Origin: Diadema antillarum
Taxonomy: Eukaryota
Length of the DNA stretch: 64,000 bases
Assembly (NCBI RefSeq): GCF_040938485.1
Contig: NW_027271917.1
Location: forward strand, 62,001 to 126,000
Direction of reading: 5' to 3'
This document shows positions 13,101 through 26,141 of the stretch, one piece after another. Position numbers and translations under genes: made by a program. Below the pieces are notes generated by a model, which made no database searches, was not told where the DNA came from, and saw only the letters and a list, made by a program, of their open reading frames with translations. Position 1 is the first letter of the stretch; every line of letters starts with the position of its first letter.

Positions 13101-14497
13101 ATGGAACAAGATTTACTGAGCTAAAGACATCTTGCAATGACAAGGATTCACTCGGTTATTCCTCACTTTCATTTCTCTTTTGTCCAAAGTCAGTCATCTG
13201 TCGGTCAGAGCAGATAGAGGAAGCAGTGTGGGACAGTGGCTGACCACTGCAGACAGAATGGCTTATCAGATACCTCGGCCAAGAATTATATCGTATTGTG
13301 TCAGGTTTTTTTTTTTCCTTTCAGCTTTTCAGAGCATAGCTTTCAAAAGATAATCCTTGTCAGCAGTTTCTATCCATTTTGTTCCTTATCACAGGTTTCT
13401 GTCTTGATTTCATTTCTTCTCTATTTTCAGTCCTTTTTTTTAGTGGTCTATCTTTCTCTCTTTCTATTTTTCTTTCTCCCTCATGTCATCTTTTCTCAAG
13501 TCAGTTCTTGTCCTGGGCGCTCAACTGATGCAAAGATGTGACATCTTTTGTGTATGAGACGTGAAGGAAATAAATCAATTGAAAAGGGGAACAAAAGAGC
13601 TTTGCTGGGACCTTCTCATGGCCTCTTATTAATGCCAAGCCCTAGGCCATTATGCTGCTGATGTAAGTTACTTTTGGCTAAGATGGCTTATATATCATTT
13701 TCTCTCTTTCTCTCTTCTTCTTCTTCTTCATCTGTCACTCCCAAGTTCCCCTTCAGGGAGGTACAGCCTCCAATAAACCATGCTGCTTCCACCCCCCTCC
13801 ATGGATCAAAAGTTAATGAATAAAGACCAGACAATGACAAGCACATCATGACAGTGAAACTCAAACTTGTTGTAAAATAGGACACTAAAACATGTGACAT
13901 CCAGCTTAATTTTAATATCTGTCTCCTTCCAAATTGTTTATACCTCACATTTCCTCCTTCTTCTCTCCCTCCATCTCCCTCTTTCTTCCCCTCTTTTCCT
14001 TCGCTTATGATTCTCTCGATATGATCACTCATTAATGCTACAGCTGGGTCGGTACCTTTAGGATGCCCGTAATTTGCTTTGTGCTGTTTTCCATAAACAA
14101 ACCTCCTCTTTCGTGTCAGCCTATTCTTCTCTCATATCTCTTCTTCCTGTCTGACGCAAGAAAAATGAGGAGTACATCTTTTGTCTTCGTCCACCTGAAT
14201 GGCCATCCTCTCTGATAGACGTCCTTTGACCAGCTACCCACCCAGCCCTTTTTTCCCCCTCCCATGCATATTTTATACATGTGACCAAACAAGTGGAAAG
14301 GAATGTAGGAGCAAACATCGCAGTGGAACCTGAAGCATAATTTCTATTGATCCTTGGCGTCACGCCCGGACTCATGCCTAAAAAGAAAGAAAGAGAGAGA
14401 GGAAAAAAATACACAGGACACCTTCAAGTCAATTTAACAGGGCTCCATTTTTCATACTCTACAAGAAACACTTACACTTTCTGTCTGCCTTTCTCTA

Positions 14498-14560
14498 CCT
14501 GTCTGTCTGTCTGTCTGTCTGTCTATCTCTTCCTATCTCTCTTTTTTTTTTTTTTTTGGT
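14498..14560. repeat. (CTGT)n microsatellite with adjacent pyrimidine/T tract
   Basis: cctgtctgtctgtctgtctgtctgtct followed by CT-rich sequence and a T-run. Confidence 0.9.
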
Positions 14561-17500
14561 TTCTCCCTCATCTCTTCTATTCCCTCCTCTCTCTCTTTTT
14601 TCTCTATTTCTATCTTTGCTAAGAGTCCCTTTTCCTTTACCAAATTCATAACGAAGTTGTTCTTCTATTGTTTCTATTCAAAAAAACAACAACTACGCGG
14701 CATACGCAAAGATATGGGAAAAGCTTCACATTCATTAAAAGCACATTTGATAGGTAAACGTGGGCAATGGACAAATTTTATGCAAATAAAGTGATGGGGA
14801 GGTAATCTTGTCATATTCAGACACAGTACCTATTAATGGCATGGGAAGTACATACGTTGGGGGCAGGGTCCAAGAGGATCACTGTCCTGGCTTAATTAAC
14901 GAGACTCGTTGAAATAACTCACACTGTAGTCACCAAACAGGAGTGTTAAAACAGGTTTGAGTGGATTAAGGCAAAGAAATATTGAACAAATGACAGAGAT
15001 ATACATAGGCATCAATGTTGAATATCAAGATGTTCATGATTGATGTCTAAGATATAAGAGATGGAGATCAGAAACAAACAAAAAAACAGACAAACTGACA
15101 GTATTTCACAGGTGGATCTGAGGTCAGAAGAGGAAAAAAACAGAGAGTGACACACATTTTTGTCTCTCCATAAGTACAAGACAAACCAACAAGAAATGAA
15201 AGTCCATTTCCACAAAGTGCATGAGACACAACTAGCCCCAAGTCATTCAGCAAATCAGAAATCTATGGATCCCTGAAAATAATTTTCACCCTTACCCTGG
15301 TGCGACTTACTTAAAATTTTCCGGCCTCATCAACCTGCTGCGACAGCGAGTGACAATTTACTTTCTTGTCTTTCGTCTTGCCTTCTTTAAAATTCTCTTC
15401 TCTCTGTCTCTTTATTTCTTTTTCTTGGAGTTTAACTAAATTCGCACATGTGGGCACTGGGTTCATCTCAGCCCGATAGCCATTTCCACTTTGTTTCCAC
15501 AAAGCCTTCCTATTCATCTGCGAGTCATTACTTCGCCGTGTAATTGAATTAACAGTAATATGATTTAATTGCCAGTTTTCTAATAAACCCTTGCCTTGAT
15601 AAGCGCTCAGCATTCATAATACCGACAAGTAGCAAACATCATCAGAGGTCTTACCACTTTATGAAAAGTTCATTTCCTTCTCGGCAACCCCTTGTTGTTC
15701 TCTCTCTCTCTTTCTCCCCCTGTCTTTCCTTCTCTCTTACTCTCTCTCTGTCAAAATTTGTCCGTTCCATGCTCATTACACATTGCAGCAGCCCACATTC
15801 TTATTTGAATACACAATGCTCAGTACATGATTGATGACACTCGGCAATTAATCGGTCAATTCCAATGAGCGTTGCTTAATAAATTCCCTCGGCCTTTTTT
15901 TTTTTTTACGAGATGAAATCCATACGAGCCACTACTTACACAAATGCAAGAGAAGACAGTAGGAAGGAGTACTACAGATTTCGACACTGCTCAGAAATAT
16001 TCTTCAAAAAAAAAGAAAGGCCCACATCCCCCTCTCATCACACTACATTCTCATTAATAATTTGTCTCCTTTTTTTTCGCTATCTTACCCTTTTCGGCCT
16101 AGCCCATTTTCTGATCGGCAATATTTACCTACACTGGGAACCAGAGACTAACAGGATATTAAATAGGAAATGGAAGAGGGAAATGGTTACATCTTTCATG
16201 CTGTGAACGGAGGCGTATGCCGAAATTAAAAATGGCTGGCTCATAGCGGGGCAGTCCAAATATTGCTTTTATTGTATGAGCAGAGGGCTATTTTGAGCAG
16301 GCGTCCTACGCGAGATGTACAAGGTGGGACTGGCAAAGACCGTCCCCTATAACGACGTCATCCTAGCACTCTTCAACTTTCCTTTTATGCAACAGGCATA
16401 CAAGGTGAAGAAACACAGGGAAAAAAAAGAGAAAAGGTGAAGAGGCATTGTGAAATGATAACTGCAACACTCACATGTGATAGGCTAGCTTTAAAAAAGT
16501 TCAACACAAAGTTTAGATGATATCCACAAGGTAGGGATAAGTCACATCTCCCCGACTGAAAAAAAAAAAAAGTATTGCAAAACTGGCATTAGATGAAATT
16601 ATTACCGATGTATTAACCAATCAAATTAAGAACATGATGGCTGCAATGGTTTTTCTCCCAGTAGCAAGGATACCCTCCCCCCCCCCCCCAATGAAATAAA
16701 AGAATGGCTTCCCTAGGTGGATATGTCTTATGTCCCATCCCACAATCCAAATAAGGCAGTATGCTTTGTGCATTATGGCAAAGACACTAGTTATCAGCTA
16801 GACAATGCATGCGGCCAAGTTCAGATCTATTGATTTCTCTACATGCGAGGAAGTGTGAATTTATGATGTCCAAGTGAATTACAAGAATTCAACTTCTTAT
16901 TTCTGACCATTTTATTTTAGATCCAGCTAACAAGACACAAATTGCTTGCAGTCAGACACAAAGCAATTCAACTTGTCATTCTCATGTGATCAGATACAAT
17001 GATTACTGCATAAGCCATTGTGTGAAGAGTATCAAAATGCTGCTATAGAACTCTTCTCTAAAAGGAAATGGTGCTTGCATTACACTTCCACATTCGAGCC
17101 ATTATCTTACGGCAACACATGTCATACCCTCAATACTCCAATTTGGAGATAAATGAAGCATTTTCCAGAGGATTAGGCTTTTTCTTGATGTCTGAAATAG
17201 AATTCAGGAAATATTTCTCAGCTTCTAGTAACCAACGTGGCAGGGAGAGGAATATTTCAATGTTAATTGCAATCCGTGGTTGAAACTTTTCACTCAACTC
17301 AAGGGGAGAGGCGGCTAGACAGGTCACAACGGGCCGACGACACGGTCAGATTGTTAAGAAAAAGATGCATTTCCATAAACTGGCCGATAAAATTGCGTCG
17401 CCCTTTAATTAGCGATGTCAAGAAAGATGACAGCAGCGATGTATGGAAGAGAGGAGCTCTCATTCCTGGTGGAAATTTGAGGCTTGACAGAAAGAGTGAA

Positions 17501-17883
17501 GTGTGCACTCAAACATGGGATGGCACGTGAGGGATAGAAAGAAAAAAAGAAAAGAAAATGAAAACCCCCTTCCTGGAGTTCCTACATAAGAGCTAAGCAG
17601 TCATCCAGAATGGCACCAGTCACCTACACAGGCACTTGGAAATTAAAAAGGTTAAGGGTCAATTGAGTGTCAAAAATCAGTTTAAAGGTGATGAAGAAGA
17701 TGAGGAATGCAAGGGACCGATAGCCAAGGTCAAGGGGAAGATGTCATTGATAGCCACTAGGGATCAAAAGTTTGACAATTTTGACTTAAAGGAACATTCC
17801 ACATAATTAGGTAGATATCTCCAGAGATGAAATGGATTGAAATTGATAAAATAGAAACTGTACCATATAAAAAACCTAAAATA

Positions 17884-18090
17884 CTGTAAAACAAGGAATT
17901 TTCGCTTACACTTTAATTTCGCGAATTTCGCGAGCGCCAAGATTCGCACAATTAAAATGCACGCGAAAGTCCTTGATTACACTATATGCATCGAACGCCA
18001 GTGGCACTTCACGAAAATTTCATGCCATGAAAAAGGCTGTCTGCTCCAATTCACGAAAAATTCATGCCGCGAATATATCATGTTTTACAG
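17884..18090. mobile_element. 207-bp MITE, TA target duplication (Tc1/mariner-pogo type, non-autonomous)
   Basis: TA|ctgtaaaacaaggaattttcgc ... gcgaatatatcatgttttacag|TA. Imperfect ~22-bp TIRs, TA on both sides, internal repeated tttcgcg/cgcgaaa and cacgaaaa motifs, no ORF. Confidence 0.8.
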
Positions 18091-20202
18091 TATAGCTTGC
18101 TTCAAGGCCAGAAAAAGTGGAGAGGATATTTGATTGTCAGGCAGGTGAAATGAATGGGTACTTGACTGTTCAGTGTATGAAGCCATTGCAAACTAGAAAA
18201 AAAAACTATATAATTTCTATGCATTTTCTCACACCTGGAATAGACAAAAAAGATAATGAATACAAAGAGGACTGGATGGTACAAGGACAAGAGGCTGAGT
18301 GGAAATATGTCACTGTCAGGCCTAGGATTGAAATGTTGTATCTCATCATGTGAAGCAAGAGACAGACATACATAAAGACAGACAGACAAGACAGCATTTT
18401 CAGTTGAATGACTTCAGTGAGGTAAATCTCTCTGTATTGGCATACCAGTCATCAAAGCAAGGCACAAAATGCTTGCAAAGGCAAGATGAAATGAGGGCAA
18501 ACCCATCTTTTTTTTTTCTTTCTTTCTTTTAGCATGCCCCCCACAAAAATGGCCCAGGGGCGTGTCATTTATATAAACACTCTCATAAATTGTGATTACC
18601 TTAACAGAGAAAAAGGATTCTGACATGATAAATGGAAAGCACAGGAGAAGAGGAGGGGGAAAAAAGAGAATTGAGAGAAAAAATAGAATGTATGTGTGTG
18701 TCCCATGACATGACTTTAGCCTGAGGGACCTGTACATGGAAAATGCTACAAGTTTTCTCAACCTCAAATCATTTTGAGGGAAAGGAGCGGACAGACGGAC
18801 ACACACGCACGCAAATGCGGGGGGGGACAGCAGCGGCGGGCGCTGGCGGAGAAAAGTGCACGGCTTCGATTCCCCCCATCCGCACTTCAACACCTGTGCT
18901 GAGTAAACACGGGCTGTTGGAGAAAATTCCATAATTTGATGGACGTGGTCGAGTTTTTGAGCATTATGTTGATGAAACAGGGACAAGGAGAAATGTGGGG
19001 CACACAATGTCAAGCTCAAGAGGGCGACAGGGGGCGGAATATACCGAGACAGCAGCTCACAAACTGTTGCACGAATGTGAGAAATACATCGTTGACTGAA
19101 CTCTGACTGGGGCGAAGACCAGTCAGAGACAAATATTCCACAACAAGCCGATGACCCTATATTCCATTCCCTGCATCCAAGCGGGATTTGCAGCATTACA
19201 ATAACACATCTAAATCCAGCGTATTAGTTATGACAAGCAGAGCTACAATCTCCACAAACATTCAGCCATGCTCCGGATGTTTACATCTACAATGACGAGT
19301 GGAAGAAAAAGGGAAAAAAAATGTCCAGGTCGTTAACTAGGGAGGAAAAATTAGCTGTCAAATCTCAGATTGGGAGTGTCATAACTGAGAATTCGAGAGG
19401 CTCTTTAAACAATGATGCAGCGATGTGCGGTAGGATGCCTTGCTTCTTCAGTGGTGCTTTTTACCGCGCCGTTGACAGATGCTCCGGTAACAATGGTCAT
19501 GACAAAGCGCTCGGGGGATGTTTACCACCATTTTCCACAATCTGTAAAATCCATATCGGTTGGATTACAGATGTTTGGGTGAACTGTCAGGGGGGTGGCA
19601 ACCGGCAAAGATGATTTTTATGATATCAAAGTCCTGGACAGTTGCCCACGCCAGGCAGGCAGCCATATCTGAAAGGGGTGGATCATAGGCCACTGGAGAA
19701 CAGAAAATTTGATCATTCAGCAGAGAAAGTCTCAGACTGACCATAGCAGAAAAGCAAAGTCCACTTGAAATTAAACTCTAGGGAGCATTAGTGTATATAT
19801 TATATATTTATATATTTTTACATTCATATCAAAAATCGTATATATGTTTTTTTTCCCCTATTTTCTTTAATTCCCACATAAATGTAAAATCTGAAGGACT
19901 TTTTTCCAAATTACATCCACAATCAATGTGAAACTAACTATCATGCCCTAACATTTTTTTTAACAACTGTTCACTTAGAAATCCATAGTTAAAAATCTCA
20001 GTTAGGTACTTTAATTAGTGATAAGTAAAAGGATTTTTTTTAATGCTGTTATGTGTGTTGGAAATCTGTTTCCATCCAAAATGGTGGTATGACAAATATC
20101 CTCCAAGCCTTGACACATCAATATTATTTTGTGTAATACCACAGCCAGCCACACCATGCCAGGAATATTCCATATTCCTCCGATCGACTACATCCCCCTT
20201 AC

Positions 20203-20227
20203 TTCCGTGTCGAAGGTACGACAACAT
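20203..20227 (-). CDS. Candidate alternative first coding exon of spalt (MLSYLRHG+1 nt)
   Basis: ATG TTG TCG TAC CTT CGA CAC GGA A|GTAAGG: a consensus donor in phase 1, matching the acceptor at 7082. GC box (20320-20325), CCAAT (20336-20340) and a GA-rich tract lie upstream. Start context is weak and there is no transcript evidence. Confidence 0.25.
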
Positions 20228-20229
20228 CC

Positions 20230-20420
20230 ACGAGTTTGAATCCTTGGATTGGCAATTGCTGAGCGGGTGAGAGGCGAAGAGAACAATCGGCAATGCTCTC
20301 TGATGGATGATTCAAATTTCCGCCCTTACCCCCAACCAATCCCCTCTATTTCTTCTCTCACCTTTATCTCTCCCTCTCTCATTCTTTAACTCTCTCTCTC
20401 TCTGCCCATCTCCCCCTGTT
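20230..20420 (-). promoter_or_regulatory. Candidate promoter elements upstream of the putative alternative exon
   Basis: ccgccc (20320-20325), ccaat (20336-20340), TGATGGAT (20301-20308) and a CT/GA tract at 20341-20420. Confidence 0.25.
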
Positions 20421-23400
20421 TCTCTTCCATATTCACTTTGGCATCTTCAGGAGTTGAGATGGATGTTGTTGGAGAATTTGTCGTCTACTAGATGGGACCA
20501 CACATACATGACAAATACGAATCTAGTGTTGACATAAAAACTACATGGCATCTGTGAACAGGAAGTGCAAAAGGAAAACGAGAAAAAAAAAAAGAGTACC
20601 GAAAAAGTGGTAGGGAGAGTGAGTGAGAGAGGGAGAGGGTCCAAAAACCCATAACAATTTACCAATTTTCAATTTATGGCCCAGAACCATGAACTTAGCG
20701 ACCTCTCACAAGTTGACTTGCTCATGGCAGCAGACCAGAAACAGGGTCCTCCAGTTGTGCGAGAGAGGACTGATAGTTTTGATGTGATTATTGAATTATC
20801 GATAGCAAAGTGGCTAAATGCTTTTCGCAAATGCCACCTTATTTGGCATGAAATTTTTCTGCTGATGGATGGAAATTTTCTGTCCACTTGCCTCCCCCGG
20901 CTGCCATCTGAAGGTATCATTTTATCTATTTTGAGTACCATCCCTGCTCCTTCTTTTGAATCCCTCTCCCCCCCCCCCCACCCCTCCACCACCCCTCCAC
21001 CACCCTCACCACCATCATTATCACTTTTCCTACTCCTTTCTTCATAACTGCCCATCTGTTCGAGTGGATTCCACAGTGGGAGTTGAAATTCAGATCACAT
21101 CACGAGAAAAAAAGGGGGAGGGGGGAAGGGGTGACAACTTCAGATAGAGCACATTACCCCTATCTATATGAAAAGTGCTGTAGTGTCCTTCAACAAGCTA
21201 TTTGAACTCAGCATTTTTATTAAGTACAGGTTATGTGCAGCTTATTCCCATAACAGGAACTCCATAAAATCAACACATACTGCTGAACACGTCTTTCCCC
21301 TTGGAACATTACCAAATAATATGTGCATAATGGATTCTAATTGCTTCACAAAAAAGAAATATCTATTGATTTTTTCTGTCTTTAATATGACGTCGCATGG
21401 ATGGGTATAACTCTCCATGAAAAAACAAAGTGGGGGAAAAACCATGAGGATATATAATGGATGTCTGCCGGTAAAAGGAATGCATTAGCCCATGTACGTG
21501 GCCTTGAACTCTTTATGCAGGGAGAAGAAATTCCACAAAAAGTGCTGGCATCGGTATGACTAGGAAGAGGAGAAAAAAAGAATCAGTGAGGAAATATTAG
21601 TCAAATCAGGTGAGAAAAATCAATAATGATTGCAAGGCAAAATGAATAAGGATGATATTGTGCAACTGGCCAGACGGACAGGAGACATACAAATGCATTC
21701 AGCTTCATAGCATTTCATGGTTGGAAGAGCAACGTACCCCTCCCCCTTTTTGTCTTCTGGGGGTATTTTCTCATCTTTTAAGGGGGTATTTCTGCCAATT
21801 TCACCCTATTAGGGTAGTCAGGAAGAAATGAACTGGAAGGAAATTCTGATTTTGACTTTTGAAAGGTGTGTGAGGCAAGCACAGTAGGACCCCCTGAAAA
21901 ACATGCATAATGCAGTGTAGCATTAAAATTGCTTCTTGCACACAAGATTCCATCCTTTAATTGGTGCCCTAGTCCTGTATGGCAATAGCCATGACAACAG
22001 TGAAGAAGTGTGTGCAACTATTCCCTATTCAAGTCTGAAAAATGGTAACTGCTCTCTGCACAAATATGTCTCACTTTTGCTGTAGATTTAGATGAGTCAT
22101 CATATGATTGCCTATTTATAAGATTCTTTGCCAGAATGTCATTTTGACAACAGACCAATTTACTACTCTAATTTTTTCTCCTTTTCTTTTACATCAGCAA
22201 GAGGCTATTATTTGCAGGATTTGAATCTAATCTATTAAACTATAACTTGATAAATCTCATACATACACTTATGTTGCTTTAAAGGGTTAAAAAAATCCAC
22301 ATGCAGTTGAAATCTTGAGCCAAAATTCTCAAAGTATAGTTAATGATATCAAAGCTACATTTGCAGCTTTACGGAGAGTACATGCTGTTCCTTTTACCTC
22401 TAATGAGAACCACAAATGATATGTACATATATATTTTTTCTTCTGGTTTTAAGTATTGATCATCATATGAGCAAATGTTGTTTAAGGTAGACTACTCTAT
22501 TTGGTTCTCTCACCTACCCCCTCCCCCCCCCCCCACCCCATTTTGGGATCAAAAAGAGATGGAGAGGGAAAAGGGGGGGGGAGAGAGATTAAGGAAAAAA
22601 CAGAGAAAGAGATGGGGAGGGAAGGAGAAAGAAAGAGAAAGCCAGAATAAGGGGTGTGTTGCACAGGGTCATATTTGCACCCTGCCAGGAGTGATTGAGA
22701 GTGATTTTAAAGAGGCTGTCATCACCAGTTGCCCCTGGCGACGTGTAATGCCAAATGCCAGCTAATGAGCCGGGTCTGTGCATGCCATCAAAAGTTTTCA
22801 GCGGCCTCTGTCCCTTTCCCCCTGCTCCTCTCCACCGCTCCTCCTTGGGAGTGTGAGATAGAATTCCTCAGCAGCAAGCAGATGCTATTTTTTTCCTCCA
22901 TCATCATCATCATCATAATAAAAAAAAGGAAAATTGATGTGGCTGATTTGATTTGAGACATTTTCCATAGCAACAAATTCAATATCATCTCGTAAAGTTT
23001 GGTCTGCTGACCCACTTTGTACATGTATTCTTACAGCTGGCCATAATAGTGCTCTAAACAATGGTGAGGAACGTTTATTTGTGATATGAAGATGATTTTC
23101 ACAGCTTGTGCAATGTTGATGAACTGTAATTACATGTTCTCACATGTCAAAGCATGTCAAACAATAGGAAAAGCAATTGTGTAGCTTCTACAGCAGCAAC
23201 AATTTTAGCCTACATAGTACACATCTCTATATTCCCCTAATTTAATTCTGTTAGTACAAACTTTTATCAGTGAGTGAGTCACACACACAATAAGCACATA
23301 TTACATGAGACCACACCTGGACAAATGCCCATAACCCAAAATCATCAGAATGCTCAGTTAACACATATAGATACTAGCCATACTACAACTTCGTTACATC

Positions 23401-26141
23401 TTGCCATCCAATATCCTACCATGAATGTCTTGAAGCAAAAATCATTTTAAAGTCCATCCCTGATTCCGAAAAAAAACCCCCAAAACTTGATGCTCCTTCT
23501 AACGAGCAATTCATGTGTCCCATGTCCTGCTTGTTGACAACACTCCTATGACTCATTCTCCAGTCTGCTTGACACGAAAAAACAGGTTCGTCTTCCCAAG
23601 AACACTCTCCTAACTGCCATATTTCACAAGTGATATGAGTGGTGTGTCTCTTTCTATCTCTCCTTTTTCTCTCTTCTTTGCTTTGCTTCAGCTGTAGTTC
23701 TGCCTAATGTCAGACAACAGGTTTGTCCCCCAAGAAATCAACAAAAAAAAAAAAACTCCTTGCTTGTCTGTCCATATTTTTGAACAGGGATGATGCGTGC
23801 CAGTGTGAGTTGTCGACCCCAACGTCCACACTCCCTGGGCAGGTGATGGGTGTGTAAGGACACAGATGTAGACGTTATCGCCTCAAATGGCTCATCTCTA
23901 CCACATCTCCCCCTTGCCCTTCCCCCCCCCCCCACTTGCCCCCTCCCCATCATTTGCCCCCTTTCTCTACCCCCATTACCATTTTACCCCTTCCCCACCA
24001 ATCCTCAACATACAGACAGCAGGGTATATAGCATTAGATACCTGAAGGTCCCCAGAAGATATTGCAATTGTAATCTTGTTGTTGTGGATGAAAAAGAATA
24101 AGTGCAAATATAAAACAACGAACACGCAAATACATGTCTTAAAATCCTATGAAGGTTTAGGAGGAGGACTACTACATAACTGTTGGTGAAATACAAACAT
24201 GGTATTCTTGTGAAAGTTACAGATATTGAGTTTGTTCTTTTTTTGGCAGTTTGGAAGAAAAAAGAAATTGAAAGAATGATAGGTAATGTTGGTAGGCATA
24301 TAGGAAACCAGAGATAGCCGTAGATGTACAATTTACATAATGAAGTATAGCTTCACATCCTGTTCCTATATTCTCAAGAATATCATGTGTTTTGTGGATG
24401 CCTCTGCATGGCACAAGTGTGTTTTCAGACACAAAAAGAAATGATGGCAGGGATACGGGAGAGAATGAAATTATGAGTGAATCATCATCCTCCTGCGTTT
24501 TGTTGGCTGCTCCCACTCCAACGCTGCATATCTCCTTGTAAGGCTGACATGGTGAAACAGGTGAAGCAGCAAAAAGAATTAGCGACATCACCAGGTGCTG
24601 GCCTATAATTTTCATTTCTCGTACTGATGATATTTCCTCCCCTAATTGAGGCACCTGCTAAGGTATGCCCATCAAAATTTGTTTGCGCCATTGTTGTCGT
24701 TCCTTTGCAAAATCTTCTCAATATTCAACAAAATTTTCATTGATGTACTTTACGGAAGATGGGGGGGGGGGGCAGAGAGCAGAGAGGAAGGGAGGGGAGG
24801 AGAAGGATGAGGAGTATGATTGTTCCTCTGTCTCTCTCCATTTCATTCTCTCTTTCACTTTTTATTTTCTCCCAAAACTTAGACACAAACACACACAATA
24901 TAAAATTATATTGACTGAGCAGAATACTTTGTCAAACTGCAACAGATATGTATATCCCAATTTATCATAGAACATCTTGTTTGAAATATCACATCAAAAT
25001 GAAACACTTTGATTGTCAATCAGTCAGAATGTGGCATTTGTGACTTACATTTTCACTTTTCATGTTCTTTTCTTCGATTTTCGGTTCTAGCATGACCTAA
25101 TATGTAGCACAAAAAAGTGACTGAAAAGTACAGACTGATAGCGATGATCCACCTCCCATCAAAGAACACACAGGAGATACGTCTGCTCGTGACCACACCC
25201 ATGACACTGCTTGCTTGTTTTTATCTTCTACTCCCTCTTTGCTATAAGTGTTTGTTTCATGCAGAACAAAGATGGCTACATGTACATGTGTCAACAGAAT
25301 GACCCTCGAACATTCAAATACGTTTCTCAGACTAGGAGTCTCGTGCAAAACCACTCCAGCTCCAAGCTTTCTTCACAGAAATAGAAAAAAAAGCCTTTTA
25401 GACAGAAGAGTCCTTGCAGTCCTTAACTACTGCATATGCATAAGCTAAAGAAGGCAAAGAAATCAAATTGCCTTCATCAATGAAAAAAAGAACAACTACG
25501 AAGTACGGGGGAAAGAGAAAACAAAAGAACTTCCAGGAGTAAAGCAAACAAGATAATATTTGCATTCATACAATAGTGGGTACTGGTACCTCTGGCGCAG
25601 TGTACATATTTACTTCAATTTGGGCTCCAAAACGATGGGATTGGGAAGAACAAAAGCGAAACCAGTGTTATGTTATGGAATTGAGGCAAGCGATAGTGGT
25701 GGTAGAGGCAGAAAGTTACATAATAGTTGGACCTTTTATTCTTCCTGTTCTCCCGTTGGCATTTCTCGTTTGATGTCAGAACCATATTGCATGAGGAGAT
25801 AAGGCCCGGTGCCTGATGATTTCCACAAATATTGAAACTGGCCAAATTCCTGGAGTCTGGCTGGCAGGAAGGCACAGGTGATGATTACACATATCTCCCA
25901 CTCTTTCCCCTTACCTTTGTTCTTTTTATGAGCAAAACCGGACAGGGTCAAGTTGCATCACAGATAATTGATTGATTGACAGTTCAGAATACCATCTGTC
26001 AAACAAGCTTTGGGATATGAATGTCTCGCGAGTTCAGACATTTCCTCTTTCTGAGGTGTTGGGTGAAAAAAAAAACCTTATAATACCATGAACTGCTCAT
26101 ATTAGGTTTTGGCAAAATTTCCAGGATTTGCTCTGACCTGC

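Noticed and set aside
15305-15613. 100-aa ORF ending at a perfect GTAAGT donor
   Set aside because: The stop codon precedes the donor and the phase-1 frame has stops without an ATG. At most a non-coding exon; unsupported.
18414-19196. Longest non-spalt ORF (260 aa)
   Set aside because: No domain resemblance, a low-complexity tail from A/GA runs, and it is explained by stop-codon depletion in the GC-rich block.
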